This document shows, piece by piece, positions 28,319 to 41,550 of a stretch of 64,000 nt of DNA. The stretch covers positions 1,364,001-1,428,000 of the forward strand of contig NC_135916.1 of assembly GCF_964194155.1 (NCBI RefSeq). The letters run 5' to 3'. The notes beneath the pieces are model-generated. The model saw nothing but the letters and a program-made list of their open reading frames with translations, ran no database searches and was not told where the DNA came from. A program made the position numbers and the translations under genes. Position 1 is the stretch's first letter. Every line of letters starts with the position of its first letter. Source of the stretch: Cetorhinus maximus (Eukaryota).

Positions 28319-31300
28319 TTGTGTGTGCGCGTGTTTGTGTGTGTGTGCCTCGACCTCTGCATTTAATTTTCTGCTACTCTGTTTGTGATTGGATTAATGC
28401 TTTGTTGGTCCTGGGTGTGCCTGTGTTTAAGTTTTTGTTTGCGTGTGTTTGTGTATGTATGCACAAAATCTTGTGCGCATGAGTGTTTATGTATGTGTGT
28501 GAGTTTGCTTTGCATGTGTGTCTGTGTGTGTTAGTGCATGAGTCTGCGAATGTGTGAGTGTTTTTGTGGGAGTGTGCAGGGCTCATTTCCCATTTGTCTT
28601 CGTCCGGTACAGGATGTAGTTTTGGAATTAATTTACATGAAATTTCAGTGTCAACCCTGTGACCGTCAGCTGTGGTGGAATTAATTCCCTCTATCTCAGT
28701 TATTGTACTGATTGTGTATCTCAAATTTGTGCTCTGTGTAGATGACTCCATTATTGTATATCTGTAGGTTTCTTCTGTACTTAATATGTATCCCATGCAT
28801 GTGTGTGAAAACTATTTCTTCAATGCGTTAATCTATTACTGTTTCCCGGCTCTGTTGCAGATTTAGACATGAAACTTTGCATTTATCAAAGACAGGTTTT
28901 ATTCATTTGTTTTGTTTGAACTAAGGTATAGCATTCAGGCTGCAACTTGGCAAAAGTCTTTGTGAATGATAATGAGACGCTTGAACTCACATGCTGTGTA
29001 CCTCATATCTGATTGGTTCAGTTTGTAACGAACTTACGTTATGAATCATAGTGAACATATTGACCTGCAACGTGTTGTTTATCCTTGCTGTATTAATTAA
29101 AATTACTCTTTCTTCTTATTTCAGATATAGCATGAGATCGTTAGAGGGGAATTTAACGTCTTCCACTGTGGGAACCCAGGGTACATTCTTAGTTTTAATT
29201 TTGTACATTTCATTTAGTTGCTCTACCTGTAGCTAAAACTGCACTCTCCTGAAATAAATGAGCTGCCTTTTAACCTGATAATGTTTGTGATTTTGGACTG
29301 GGATTGATGGACCTACCATTCTGCCGTGCTCAGTGGATGTGAATTGGGGAGAAATATTCTGTCTCCCCTGTTGTATTTGACTGTTGCATTGAACACGTCT
29401 ATCTGAAACTTGAGATCAATGTGAATCTGATTCCTGCTCTCAGTGATGGTGGAACTGCTGTTCTGTCTGTGCTCTTTGAACAATAATGTGCCTATGGCCA
29501 TTCGAAGCAGAGGGCTGCATGATTATTTTAGCTGGGGAATCAGTAACTTGGCGCTGGTGCACAAGGGGAGATGGTGGCCCAATGTTATATCATTATCAGA
29601 TTGCAGGCGAGTGTGTGTCTGTGTGTATATATTTACCTGCCGGTCTTTACTATGGGAGAAATTTATTTATTCTGCACTGGTTATATTACGCTATGTGAAT
29701 GTGGGAACACACTGGATCTTTCACTTTTTAACTATGGGATTTATTCATTTCCTGCCTGTGAATTGGGGTTTTAAAATGCACCTAGTTATTCGCTGCTGTG
29801 TGAATGTGTGTTTTAATTTATAAATGTTTGTAATTGATTCTGGGCTTTACTCTGTATCTTTTACTGTCTGTAATGCACATGTGGCTATTTCTCAGCACCT
29901 GCCTGTGACTGAATTGTGAGTATGTTTCTTACTTTCACTGTTTCTGACATGTAATGCATATTTTACTCATTGCCTTTCCGTCACTGGTATGTGGATTTGC
30001 AGATTTTATTCTGTATCTGTAATTCTGTGATATGTCAGTGTGATTTATTATCCTGTTGTTTGTGTCAGGGTCAGAAATGTGAGCATGGAGAAGTTATGCA
30101 GAAACTCTTAGGTTATATTAAATGAATGAGAATTTAATCATTTGCTGTCAATCCCTGGTATGAGAAGTTGCGGTTCCCTCTATGCCCATCATATTCTTGT
30201 GTGTGAGTATTGACTTTTCTCTAGGTCTGTATGCACCTTGTAGGTCATTGTTGATTTTGCTGTGAACATGTCAGTCTGTATTACATGAGTGTAATGTTCA
30301 CATTGCAGCTTTCAATATAGTTTGTGGGCATGGACCTCCCCCCACCCTAACAGCCCCCACACCACCCCCGACTGTATCTCTTAGTCTTTGGTACGGGCTG
30401 TTATGTTTTAATTAGCAACTTACACATTTTGATGCATTTTCACGTGTAATTTTACTGTAGTTATCAACATCTGATCTCTCTGTTCCCAATCTCTTCTTAT
30501 TTTCAAAAGTCGGTTATGGAAAAATTGATTTTATTCTGCACCTCTCCATCTCTGGTATGTGTCTGTGGTTTTATAATGTTGGTGTCTGCCCCTGTTACGA
30601 GAATCCAGCTTTCTTCTGTATCTGTCAGTCCCCCCTATGAGAGTGGTGTTATGTTATTGACTGTACTTGTCAATATCGGCTTTATGAGTGCGGCAGCGCC
30701 CCGAAGCCGAATTTCACATTGGGAACACATCAATGATCCTCCGGATTTATCTCTTTTAATCGTTAGCAGCGGCCTCCTTCTGTGCAGGGATTAGTTCCCT
30801 GATTTGCATGGACAGGATGGTCAATAAACATCCAGTGCAACAGGCAGTTATCAAACTATGGTCAACTGCTTGTAAGGCAGGTATGTTAATCCCTGTCAGA
30901 CCATCAGACTCTATCCTACGCTACACCATCTGCATGTAGGAACACATCACACTGCAAAGTTTTGAATTTGATATTGTCATTTCCCCGTTACATCATCCAA
31001 TTTCAAGTGCTTCTGCTGCGTACGTATGTTGTTGCAGGGCTCATCTTCTGTCAGGAGGTGGCAGCAGTGCACTATAACTTGGATCTGGCCCTTTCTGATC
31101 AAACATCTAGAAAACAATAGCCCTGATGCTGCTCCTGAACCTGGCCAAGCTCACCTGGTTAAAAAGACTACGACAGCGGCCAAATACTTCCGCTCCATAC
31201 AGATCGACACAAGGTGTTTTGTTCTGCACTTGATGGTTTTTGCAATGCAATATTCACCCTAACTACATCTCGGTCACTGGGATTCACTGATGTGTTTTAT

Positions 31301-32335
31301 GCCATACCTGTTGTTTTCAAGCAAGGGACAGAGATATTGCTCTGTAATTGACGGTCTTTGAGTCTCATTTCACTGCAGGTGTTGACTGTTGCTGTGTGAG
31401 TGCACTTTTTGTTCAATACTTGTCAGGTTTTTTCACATTAGAGACAGTGTCTTTTTCGTTACCTACCAGTTTTTTGATATTGAGTGTTAGTTCTATACAG
31501 CTGTGTGCTTATTCAGGTACGTGAATTAGATTCCCCACCAACAGCTCCCCACCCACCCCCAAACCCCGCCCCACCTGTATCTATAGGTCTCCGGCGTGTG
31601 TAAAAATGACTTTGCCACGATCTCTGTCAGTTCCTGGTAAATGTGTGCCCGTGTTAGACTGCCCCTGTGAATTTCTGGTGTGTGAGCATTGATTTTATTA
31701 CGTAGCAGTTCGTTGCTTGGAAGTGATTGGCGCTTTTCTTTTCTCTCCCCCTCTATTCGTCAGTGTGTAGCATGAGAATGTGAGTTTTTATTCTGCATCT
31801 GTCAATAACTGACATGTGAGTGTGGGTCTCTCTTGACATTTGTCAATGTTTGGAATGTGTGTGGTGTGTGAATGTGAATATTACATTGGGTTTTTCAGTG
31901 TCAAATCGGTCATCGTGTGTTTGAGTCTAACTCTCAGTTTCTGACATTTAAATGTGAACATACCTTAAAATTATCAGTTCTTTAGTATGTCAACTACATT
32001 CTGTACCTAATAATATATTTTAAGCCAATCTAAGATTTACTCATTCTCTCAGTAATGTTATGTGGTTATGTAATCTCTGTTATGACTGAATGGACTTTTC
32101 TCTCTATCTGTCAATTTTCAATGTATGAAAGTGCCAGTTGATCAGTCCACATCAGTTTCGGTCATCGATGTATTGCTTCATTCTGTACCTATCCAATTTT
32201 GCATGAAAGTTTTTTTATTAACCACTTCTCACATGATTGTCTTCGATTTAACCTGTATCTGTGAGTCTCTGGTATGTAATTGTGGGTTTAATTTGTACCT
32301 GATGCTTTCAAGTTTGTGTGTGCGGTATTCATTCC
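27570..32335. repeat. decayed 41-bp tandem array with interruptions
   Basis: Four consecutive gap-free 41-bp units start at 30132, 30173, 30214 and 30255. Confidence 0.75.
28252..28348. repeat. (TG)n microsatellite
   Basis: Long TG run. Confidence 0.9.
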
Positions 32336-32359
32336 AACAGCAGAATAGATATGGAAGTA

Positions 32360-33880
32360 ATTCCATGGGATACCACAGGGATCAGTGTTTAGGCCTCAAC
32401 TATCCACAATCTATAACAATAATTTGCATGAGGAAACCAGAAGTATTGTTTCCAAGTTTGCTGACGACATGAAACTTGGTGGGAATGTGAGTGGTGGGGA
32501 GGGTGTCAAGTGGATTCAAGGCCATTTAGACAAGTTGATTGAGTGGGCAAATATATGGCAGATGCTTTAAAACATCGATTATGAACATAAGAACTGAAGA
32601 AATAGGAACAGGAGTGGGCCAATTGGCCCCTGGAGCCTGCCTCATCATTCAATAAGATCATGGCTGATTTCTTTGTGTTTCAATCCCCACATTATCATCT
32701 ACCCCCATAACCTTTGATTCCCTTGCCTATTAAAAATCTATCTAACTCTGCCTTAAAAGTTCTCAATGACCCTGCCTCCACTACCTTCTGAGGCAGAGAT
32801 TTCCAAAGTCACACAGCCCTCTGAGAGAGAAAAAAATATCCTCACCCATGTCCAAAAAAGGGCGATATCTAATTTAGAAACAGTGCCCCCTATTACTGGA
32901 AACATCCTCTTGGTATCCACAATTTCAAGGCCATTCAGGATCTTGTATACATCAATCAATCACCCCTCACTCTTCTAAGACCCAGTGGAAACAAGCACAG
33001 TCTGTCCAACCTTTTCTTATAAGACATCCCACTCATTCTAGGTAACTATCTAGTAAAGCTTCTCTGAACCACCTCCAATTAGTGTGAAGTTATCCACATC
33101 AGTTGAAAAGACAGCATGGGAGAGTATTATTTACATGGTGATAGACTGGGAAAGGTTGAAGTAAAAAGGGAGCTGGGTACCCATGCACACCAATCACTGA
33201 GAGCAAGCATGCAGGTGCAGGTAGCACTTAAGAAGGCAAATTAAATGTTGGCCTTCATCTTGACATGGTTGATTGCAGGAGCAATGATGTCTAACTGCAG
33301 CTATACAGGGCCTTAGCAAGACCACTCCTGGAGTATTGTGTGCAGCTTTGGTCTCCTTGCCTAAGGAAGGATATATTTATCATAAGAGGAGTGCGGCGAA
33401 GATTCACCAGAGTGATTCCGGAGATGGCAGGATTGTCCTCTGAGGAGAGTTTGGGTCGAGTAGGCCTGTTTTCACTGGAGTTTAAAAGGATGAGAGGGGG
33501 TCTCAATGAAAGGTGTAACATTCTGACAGGGCTGGACAGATTGGGTGCAGGGATGATGATTCCTCTGGCTGGGGCTCTAGAACAAGGGGTCACAATCTCA
33601 GGATACGGGGTAGATGGTTTAGAACTGAGATGAGGAGAAACTTCTTCAATCAGAGGGTGGTAAACCTGTGCAATTCTCTATGATAGAAGAGTGTGAAAGC
33701 CAAGTCACTGAATATATTTAAGAGCAAAATAGATAGATTTCAAGACTCCAAAGGGACAAGGCTATGATAACAGTGTGGTTGGATGTTGTTGAGATATAGG
33801 GCAGCCATGATTAAATTGAATGGCAGAGCTGGCTCAACAGGGCAAATGACCTACTCCTGCCCCTATTTTCTCTCTTTCCA
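32360..33880 (+). mobile_element. decayed CR1 with a nested antisense CR1 3' end (about 32585-33080)
   Basis: SKFADDMKLGG and EYCVQLWSP motifs; minus-strand DVYKILNG in the insert. Confidence 0.88.
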
Positions 33881-33889
33881 TGCCTGATA

Positions 33890-35365
33890 TGTGATAATGG
33901 ATTTCAGCTGTACCAGTTAGTTCATGTTTGGGTTGTGTGTAATTTGTTCTGTATTCATATCTCTGACTTGCAAGTGGTATATTTTGCTCTGTTCCTGATC
34001 ATTTCTGATGAGCTGAACGGTGGTTCTGTTTAGAACCTGTTGATTTCTCCTATGTGAATGTGGGATTTCCTTTGTCCTTGTCAGTTTATGGCATGAAGGT
34101 TTAAATCTGCAGCTAATGCAAATTCCAAATACTGTGGATATTGGAAATCTCAAGAAGAAAAATTAAAAATGCTGGAAATACTGAGCAGCTCTGGCAAGAT
34201 TTGTGGAGACAGAAACAAAATTGCCATTTGTTTAAAAACTCCGACCTGATGAAGCGACATTGATCTGAAATGTTCAGTCTTGTTTTTTTCTCCACAGATG
34301 CTCCCAAACTCGTTGATTATTCCCCACATTTTCTTTGTTTGTCCCCGAATATGTTATTTCCAGCAAGTTCATCTGGCAGTTTCTAATGGTTAATTTTGTC
34401 TTTCATATTGACAGGTTGCAATAATTAAATGGAGATTTTGCTCTGTAACTTTCACTTGTTTCTTTTTGTGTATCTGTGTTTTCTGTACCTGCCAGTTTCG
34501 AGTATGTGAGGATTTATTTGTACTGCAAATTTTATATTGTGCCAAGTGGATGTGTATCCGTTAGGTTCTCTGAACTTACTGTGTTTTTAATGCTTTACCT
34601 GTCTGTGAATTAGGATTCTGCACTGTTCCCTGTTATTTGCTCGTGCGACTGTATTGTTCCCAACATACGTGTAATTGCTGCTGGCCTTTACTATGCATAT
34701 GTCAGTCTCTGTAATGTGAGTGTAGCTATTACTCTGCACTTGTTTGTGCCTGATTTGTGAGTATATGTTTGAGTATTTTTGCCTGAAACTTAAATGGAAT
34801 GCGTGTTTTACTATTAACTCTCATTTGCTGAGATGTGTGTATGTGGGTGGATCTAATCCTGTACCTGTACCTCTGTGATATATCAGCGTGACTGTATATC
34901 CCCCCCTATCATTTCAGGGTCACATATGTGAAAATGATTCTGTGTCCCTTAGTTTATTGTAAATGAGTGAGGATTTAATCATTTAATGTGTGTCCTCTGT
35001 ATGAGAATGTTTTTTGAATTGCATTTTCACTAATATCTCTCATTATCCAGTATAATTTATGCAATTTAGTTTCATGCCAGTCAGTTTCTAGTATTTGAGT
35101 GTGATTTCACTCGATATCTTTCTGTCTCTTGCATGCATGCCTTGGTGAAACTTATTTTCAACCTGTCACTGTCTGGTATGTTTTATACTTATATGTCAGC
35201 CATTTTTCAGTGAATGTGACTTTTATTTTGTGTGTTTTTAGTGCTTTTACTTTTATATATGTTTGTAAATTAGGTAACTGGAACAGAATCTTAACCTGCA
35301 GTCAATCAGTTGTGTGTCACTATCTTGTTACATTTGACTAAGTGTCTAAAGTTTACTGCACCTTC
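33890..35365. repeat. decayed 41-bp tandem array
   Basis: Units at 34686-34726 and 34727-34767 match the consensus. Confidence 0.7.
34125..34345. mobile_element. palindromic Penelope-derived element
   Basis: Inverted arms and a CTGATGA...GAAA core. Confidence 0.55.
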
Positions 35366-35377
35366 AGTAGAGAAAAT

Positions 35378-36982
35378 AACTGAGCAAACTATTGGGATTA
35401 AAGGGTGACAAGTCCCCAGGACCTGATGGGCTAAATCCCAGGGTCTTAACGGAAGTGGCAGCATAGATAGTGAATGCATTGGCTATAATATTACAAAATT
35501 CCCTGGATTCTGGAAAGGTTCCAGTGGTTTGGAAAGATGCTTATATAACGCCCTTATTCAAAAAGGGGGGGAGGGAGAAAGTAGTAAACTATAGACCAGT
35601 TAGTATAACGTCTGACATTGGGAAATTGTTGGAATCCATTATTGAGGAAGAAGTAATGGGGCATTTGGAAAGTCAAAATGCATCCATCAGAGTCAGCATG
35701 GTTTTATGAAGAGTAAATCGTGTTTGTCTAATTTGATAGATTTCTTTCAAGATGTGAGAAGCAAAGTGGGTAATGGGGATCCTGTAGATGTTGGATATCT
35801 GGACTTCCAGAAGGCCTTTGATAAGGTGCTGCACAAAAGATTAATACGCAAGGTAAGATTACACAAGGTTAGGGGTAATGTATTAGTTTGGATAGAGGAT
35901 TGGCTAACCAACAGAAAGCAGAGATTCGGGAAAAATGTGTATTTTTCTGGATGGCAATCTGTAACTAGTGGGGTTCCACAGGGTTTGGTCAATGATCCCC
36001 ATTTATTTACAATCTATATTAATGATTTGGATTCAGGGATAGAAGGTCCGATAGCTAAATTTGCAGATGACACCAAAATAGGTGGGAAAGTAAGTTGCAA
36101 TGAAGAAATAAGAAATTTACAAATGGATATGGACAGGTTAGCTGAATGGGCAGATGGAGTTTAACGTGGATAAGTGTGAGTTTATCCATTTCGGTTGGAA
36201 GAATAAAAAGGTGACTTATTATTTAAATTGAGAGAAACTGCAGAATGCTTCAGTACAGAGGGATCTGGATGACCTCACGCATGAATCGCTAAAAGCTAAT
36301 ATGCAGGTACAGCAAGTAATTAGGAAGGCAAATGGATTTTTGGCATTTATTGCTAAAGGAAACGAGTATAAAAATAGACAAGTATTGTTGCAACTGTCCA
36401 AGGCATTGGTGAGACCGCACCTGGAGTACTGTGCACAGTTTTGGTCCCCATACTTGAGGAAGGATGTAGTTGCATTGGAGGCAGTTCAGAGGAGGTTCAT
36501 TAGATTGATTCCAGAGATGTGGGGCTTGTCTTATGAGGAGAGATTGAGTAGTTTAGGCCTATACTCGCTCGAGTTTAGAAGGATGAGAGGAGATCTAATT
36601 GAGGTATATAAGATTCTAAAGGGAATCGACAAAATAGACGAGGAGTGGATGATTCCCCTTGAGGGGCACTCTAGAACGAGAGGCCATAGTTTTAGGCTAA
36701 TGGGTGGTAGGTTTAAATCAATGATGTGGAGGAATTACTTTTCTCAAAGGGTCATGAATCTGTGGAATTCACTACCTCAGAGTGCAATAGATGCCGGGAC
36801 GCTGATAAAATTAAAGGAGGAGATAGACAGATTTTTATTTAGTAACGGGTTGAAAGGTTCTGGGGAAAGGGCAGCAAATTGGCGTTGAGGCCAAAATGAG
36901 ATCAGCCATGATGGTAATGAATGGTGGGGTAGGCTCCAGGGGCTGAATTGCCAACTCCTGCTCCTAGTTCTTATGTTCTTGT
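35378..36982 (+). mobile_element. CR1 LINE ORF2 (RT) to 3' tail, frameshifted
   Basis: PLFKKG, NYRPVS, YLDFQKAFDKV, GVPQG, FADDTK, RPHLEYC, NLWNSLP; tail TTCTTATGTTCTT. Confidence 0.95.
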
Positions 36983-37124
36983 GTGCTACCAATGCATATG
37001 ATCCTGCTAATTTTCAGCTGTGTATGTTTAAAGTACTACCGCAATATCTGCTTCTTAACTATCAGGACAGCATTGAATTACTTAGATGCTGTCAAAGTTC
37101 CATGTATATACTCATAGATGCTTC

Positions 37125-39570
37125 TTGTGTGTTTGTGTGTATGTGTGTTTGTGTCTGTAGGTGTAAATGTTTGTGAATATCTGCGTGACTGTGTGTGTCG
37201 GAGAGAACGTGCATATTTGTTACTGTGTGCATGTATTTATGCATGTATGTGTTTGTGCTTCTGTGTGTGTGAGGGCCTGTGTGTAAGTTTGTGCGCATGT
37301 GTGTGATTTTTTTTGTGTGTGTGTGTTTGTGTATGTGTGCAACAGATGGTGTGCGCATTTGTGTTTATGTATGTTTGTCTGTGTGTGTTAGTGCATGAGC
37401 CTGCGAGTGTGTGAGTGTTTGTGTGGGAGTGTGCAGGGCTCATTTCCCATTTGTCTTTCTCCGGGACAGAATGCAGTTTTGGAATTAAATTTAATGAAAT
37501 TTAAGTGTACAAGCTGTGACCGTCAGTAATGGTGTAATTAATTCCCTATATCTCAGTTATTGTACAGTTTGTGTATCTCAAGTTCATGCTCTGTGTATAT
37601 GACTCACTTATTGTACATGTGATGGTTTCTTCTGTGCATAATATGTATCCCATGCATGTGTGTGAAAACTATTTCTTCAATGCGTTAATCTATTACTGTT
37701 TCCTGGCCCTGTTGCAGATTAAAACATGAAACTTTGCATTTACCAAAGAGAGGTTTTCTTCTTTTATTTACTGTGAACTAAGGTATAGCATTCAGGCTGC
37801 AACTCAGCAAAGTCTTTGTGAATGATAATGAGATGCTTGTACTTACATGTTGTGTATGTCATATCTGATTCATTCCATGTGTAGTGATCTTAAGTTATGA
37901 ATCATAGTGAGGATATTAAACCGGCATGTGTTGTGTATCCATGCCATATTAATTAAAATTACACTTTCTCTTTATTTTAGATATAGTATGAGATCTTTGG
38001 ACGGGGATTCAATGTGTTCCTCTGTGAAACCCAGGTACATTCTTCAGATTAATTTTGTACATTTCAGTCAGTTGCACTATCTGTAGCTAAGACTGCACTC
38101 TTCTGAAATGAATGAGCTGCCTTTCAATCTGATAGTGTTTGTGATTTTGGACTGAGATTGATGGACCTGCCATTCTGCGGTGCTCAGTGAGTGTGAATTG
38201 GGGAGAAATATTGTTCTGTTGTGCTCTTTGAACAATAACGTGCCTATATCCATTCGAAGCACGGGGCTGCATGATTATTTTAGATGGGGAATCAGTACCT
38301 TGGGGCTGGTGCACTACGGGAGATGTTGGCGCAATGTTATATCATTATGAGATTGCAGGTGAGTGTGTGTCTGTGCATGTGTGTGTGTGAGTACATTTAC
38401 CTTCTGGTCTTTACTGTGAGAGAGATTTATTTCTCCTGCACTATTTATATTACATTATGTGAATGTGGGATCGCACTGTACCTTTCACTTTTTAACATCT
38501 TAATTTGGGGTTTATTCATTCCCTGTCTGTGCATGGGGATTTCAAAATGCACCTAGTTATTTGCTGCTTTGTCATTGTGTGTTTTATAGTATAAATGTTA
38601 GTAATTGATTCTGGGCTTTACTCTGGATCATTGACTCTCTGTAATGCATTTGTGGCTATTACTCAGCACCTGCCTGTGCCTGATTTGTGAGTATGCATCT
38701 TACTTTCACTGTTTCTGACATGTAATGCATATTTTTACTCATTGCCTCTCAGTTACAGGTGTGTGGATTTGCAGATTTTATTCTATATCTGTAATTCTGT
38801 GATATGGCAGTGTGATTTATTTTCCTGTTGTTTGTGTCAGGATTAGAATTGTGAGCGTGGAAACATTTTGCTGAAACTCAGGTGATTTTAAATGAGTGAG
38901 AATTTAATCATTTGCTGTCAATCCCTGGTATGAGAAGGTATGGTTTAATCTATGCATATTGTATTATTGTATGTGAGTATTGTCTTTTCCCAGGGTCTGC
39001 ATGCACCTTGTAGATCATTGTCGATTTTGCTGTGAACATGTCAGCCTGTATTACTTGAGTGTGATGTTCACATTGCACCTTTCAATTTAGTGTGTGACCA
39101 ACAACCTCCCCCAACACTAACATCCGCTGCACCACACCCAGCTGTATCTCTTGGTCTTTGGTGCGGGCTTTTAAGTTTTACTCGGCAGCTTACGGATTTT
39201 GATGCATTTTCAGGAGTGATTTTACTGTAGCTATCAACATTTGATTTCTCGGTACCTATTCTCTACCTATTTTGAAAAGTCTGTCATGGAAAAATTGACT
39301 ATATTCAACACCTCTCTTTCTCTGGTATCTGTCTGTGGTTTTACAATGCAAGTGTCTGCCCCTGTTATGGAAATCTAGCTTTATTCTGTATCTGTCAGTC
39401 CCTCCTATGAGAGTGGTGTTATGTTATTCACTGTAATTGTCAATATCTGTTTTGTGAGTTAAGGTTTAAACTTTCTTGTTTGTAGAGATCTGTCAATATA
39501 ACTATTCTGAAAACACTGTTCTGGCATGTGATGTGTATGCGTGTCTGTATTAATGAATAAGTACTTTATC
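37125..39570. repeat. TG-rich microsatellite plus decayed 41-bp array (older duplicate of about 28.4-30.7 kb)
   Basis: Colinear similarity with the 28.4-30.7 kb block. Confidence 0.65.
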
Positions 39571-39577
39571 ATTACCA

Positions 39578-40160
39578 GGAGGAGGTGATGGCGTAGTTGT
39601 ATTGTCATTGGACTAGTAATCTGGAGACCCAGGGTAATGCTCTGGGTTCGAACCCTGACACTGCAGATGGTGGAACTTAAAATCAATAAAAATATGAATT
39701 GAATTAATGATCACCATGAAACCATTGTTGATTGAGGTAAAAACCCTTCTGGTTAACTAATATCCTCTAGAGAATGAAGTTTGTCGTCCATGTACATGTG
39801 ACTCTACACCCACACGTAAATGACCTAGCTAGCCACTCAGTTGAAACAAGCAGCTACAAAGAGATCATTGACAATGGCAATCTCAGCCCTGTCAACCCTG
39901 AGGGACAAGGGCAGCAGATCGATGAAAACACCAAAACCTGGAAGTTCTCCTCCAGGTGCCTCACCATTCTGACATGGAAATATGTTGTCATTGCTGGGTC
40001 AAAAACTAGGAACTCCCTTGCTCTCAGCACTGTGGGTGTATCAACACCACAGGGACTGCAGTGGCTCAAGAAAGCAGCTCACAAACCACCTTCTCAAGGG
40101 CAACTAAATGATGGCACAGCCAGCGAAGCAAACAACTCAAGAATGAATAAAATAAAAGTA
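39578..40160 (+). mobile_element. tRNA-derived SINE with LINE-like tail
   Basis: A-box TGGCGTAGTTG, B-box GGTTCGAACCC, ends GAATGAATAAAATAAA. Confidence 0.7.
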
Positions 40161-40561
40161 TGATTCTGTGTGAGATATTTGGTGTTGAATCTATTGTGCT
40201 GCTTCATGAATGCTGGGTACATTCAAGGATTAATTCAGTGAATTTCAATCAGCTTTATTACCTGATATTTAAATTGTAGCCAATGTTCCACTCTTGTGAC
40301 ATGCATGCAGTGAGCTTCAATCTGATATTGGTTGTGAGTTTGGACTGAAATTGGTGGACCTGCCATTCAGAGGTTCTAAGTAGGAGTGTATTGAGATTAT
40401 TCCAACCATCTCGCCACCTCCGCCCCCCTCTGAGTGTTTGACTATTGGATTGAGCATATGTATCTGGTATGACTTCAACTTGACTCTGACTATTTCTGTT
40501 CGTGGTGATGGTGGAAATGATGTTCTGTCTGTATCTGTGCACTCTGTGAATAATATCATAC

Positions 40562-41550
40562 CTGCTGTCAGTTAGAATGAGATGGCTGCACTTTTATTTT
40601 GGTTGGGAAATCAACAGCTTGAAAACGATCCCTTCATATATTTGCCTAGAGGAAGAAACATATCTCTTGTAAGTCAAGATCAGCTGAGGTTTTGAAAGAA
40701 AATAGATCAACGTAACCTGTCAACTGATAATCAATTTTTATAATGCTCGACAAATCATCAAGAACAATTATAAAGTACAGTCCCTGATTCCACTTCAGCA
40801 ATCTGCTTCGTTACTTTTCAAACAATTGAGAAACATTCAGAAACAATCCTGGCCTGTCCTCCTCCAAGGATGTCACTACCCGCGGGGACAGAGACATTGA
40901 TGCAGGTCAGTTTTCAATCTCCAGCTCCCACTGTAAGAGCCGTCAACTGAAACTAACAGCCGCTGCGACAATGTTTCTTTAACATTTATCACTTGAAATG
41001 CTGGTGCCTGCGATGGGTGATATTTAATTGATTCTTCCCCATCCTCACGGTGCGCCTGTTTCCATTGTTCACTGTCCAAATCCCGACAAGTTGCATGAAT
41101 CAGCAGCTATACTTGGAATATGCATTACAGGATTGAGGGGAGGATATCCCAATAGTTTTCAATTGCAGCTTGCTCAAGTTCTGTCTCCCTCAGCAGGGCC
41201 ACACACAGCCCCAGAAAGGCCTCTCCCCGTCCACCCGCTCACTCCAAGTTCCGGAACACGTTCCCGCTCCGCTCCGCCTCTTACAAACAGCCCCCGGTTC
41301 CCCCTGAACTTACCCCGAGTCAATGATGATTTCTGTGTCCACACTGACAAACCGGGGCCCTGCTGGAATCAGAACGCTGTTTACTCGCTTACCCGGGCCC
41401 TAAGATTTCCATTTCTATCTGTTTGAAACAAAGGTCTCCCGCTCACTGAGTGAAAAACTTCAAGGGCGGAGTCTGGGATAAGGGACGCGCATGCGCTCTT
41501 CTAGCCATGTCTGAGGAGCTGAATGAAAACAGGAATGCGCATGCGTTTTT
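40562..41550 (-). ncRNA. putative spliced non-coding transcript, copy 2
   Basis: NRF1 sites at 41487 and 41536; donors at 41392 and 41313; exon 40645-40562 (TAG acceptor, CAG|GTATGA donor). Confidence 0.4.

Noticed and set aside
28162-28482. Cys/Val- or His/Thr-rich ORFs
   Set aside because: Translations of (TG)n microsatellites.
29770-30340. 41-bp array as a decayed C2H2 zinc-finger gene or CRISPR-like array
   Set aside because: Period is not 84 bp or a multiple of 3, there are no HTGEKP linkers, and no constant-repeat/unique-spacer alternation.
30800-31200. Octamer ATTTGCAT plus a PDAAPEP...KK stretch hinting at a decayed H2B
   Set aside because: No ATG, histone-fold similarity or stem-loop; the related segment near 47800 does not resemble H2B.
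39578-39665. tRNA-like A/B boxes (also 23483-23560, 59381-59465)
   Set aside because: No full cloverleaf; they continue into SINE bodies.
41028-41426. Plus-strand ORF conserved in three copies (also 12129-12467, 60719-61141)
   Set aside because: Non-ATG and inconsistent starts; better explained as the antisense of a GC-rich first exon/intron.
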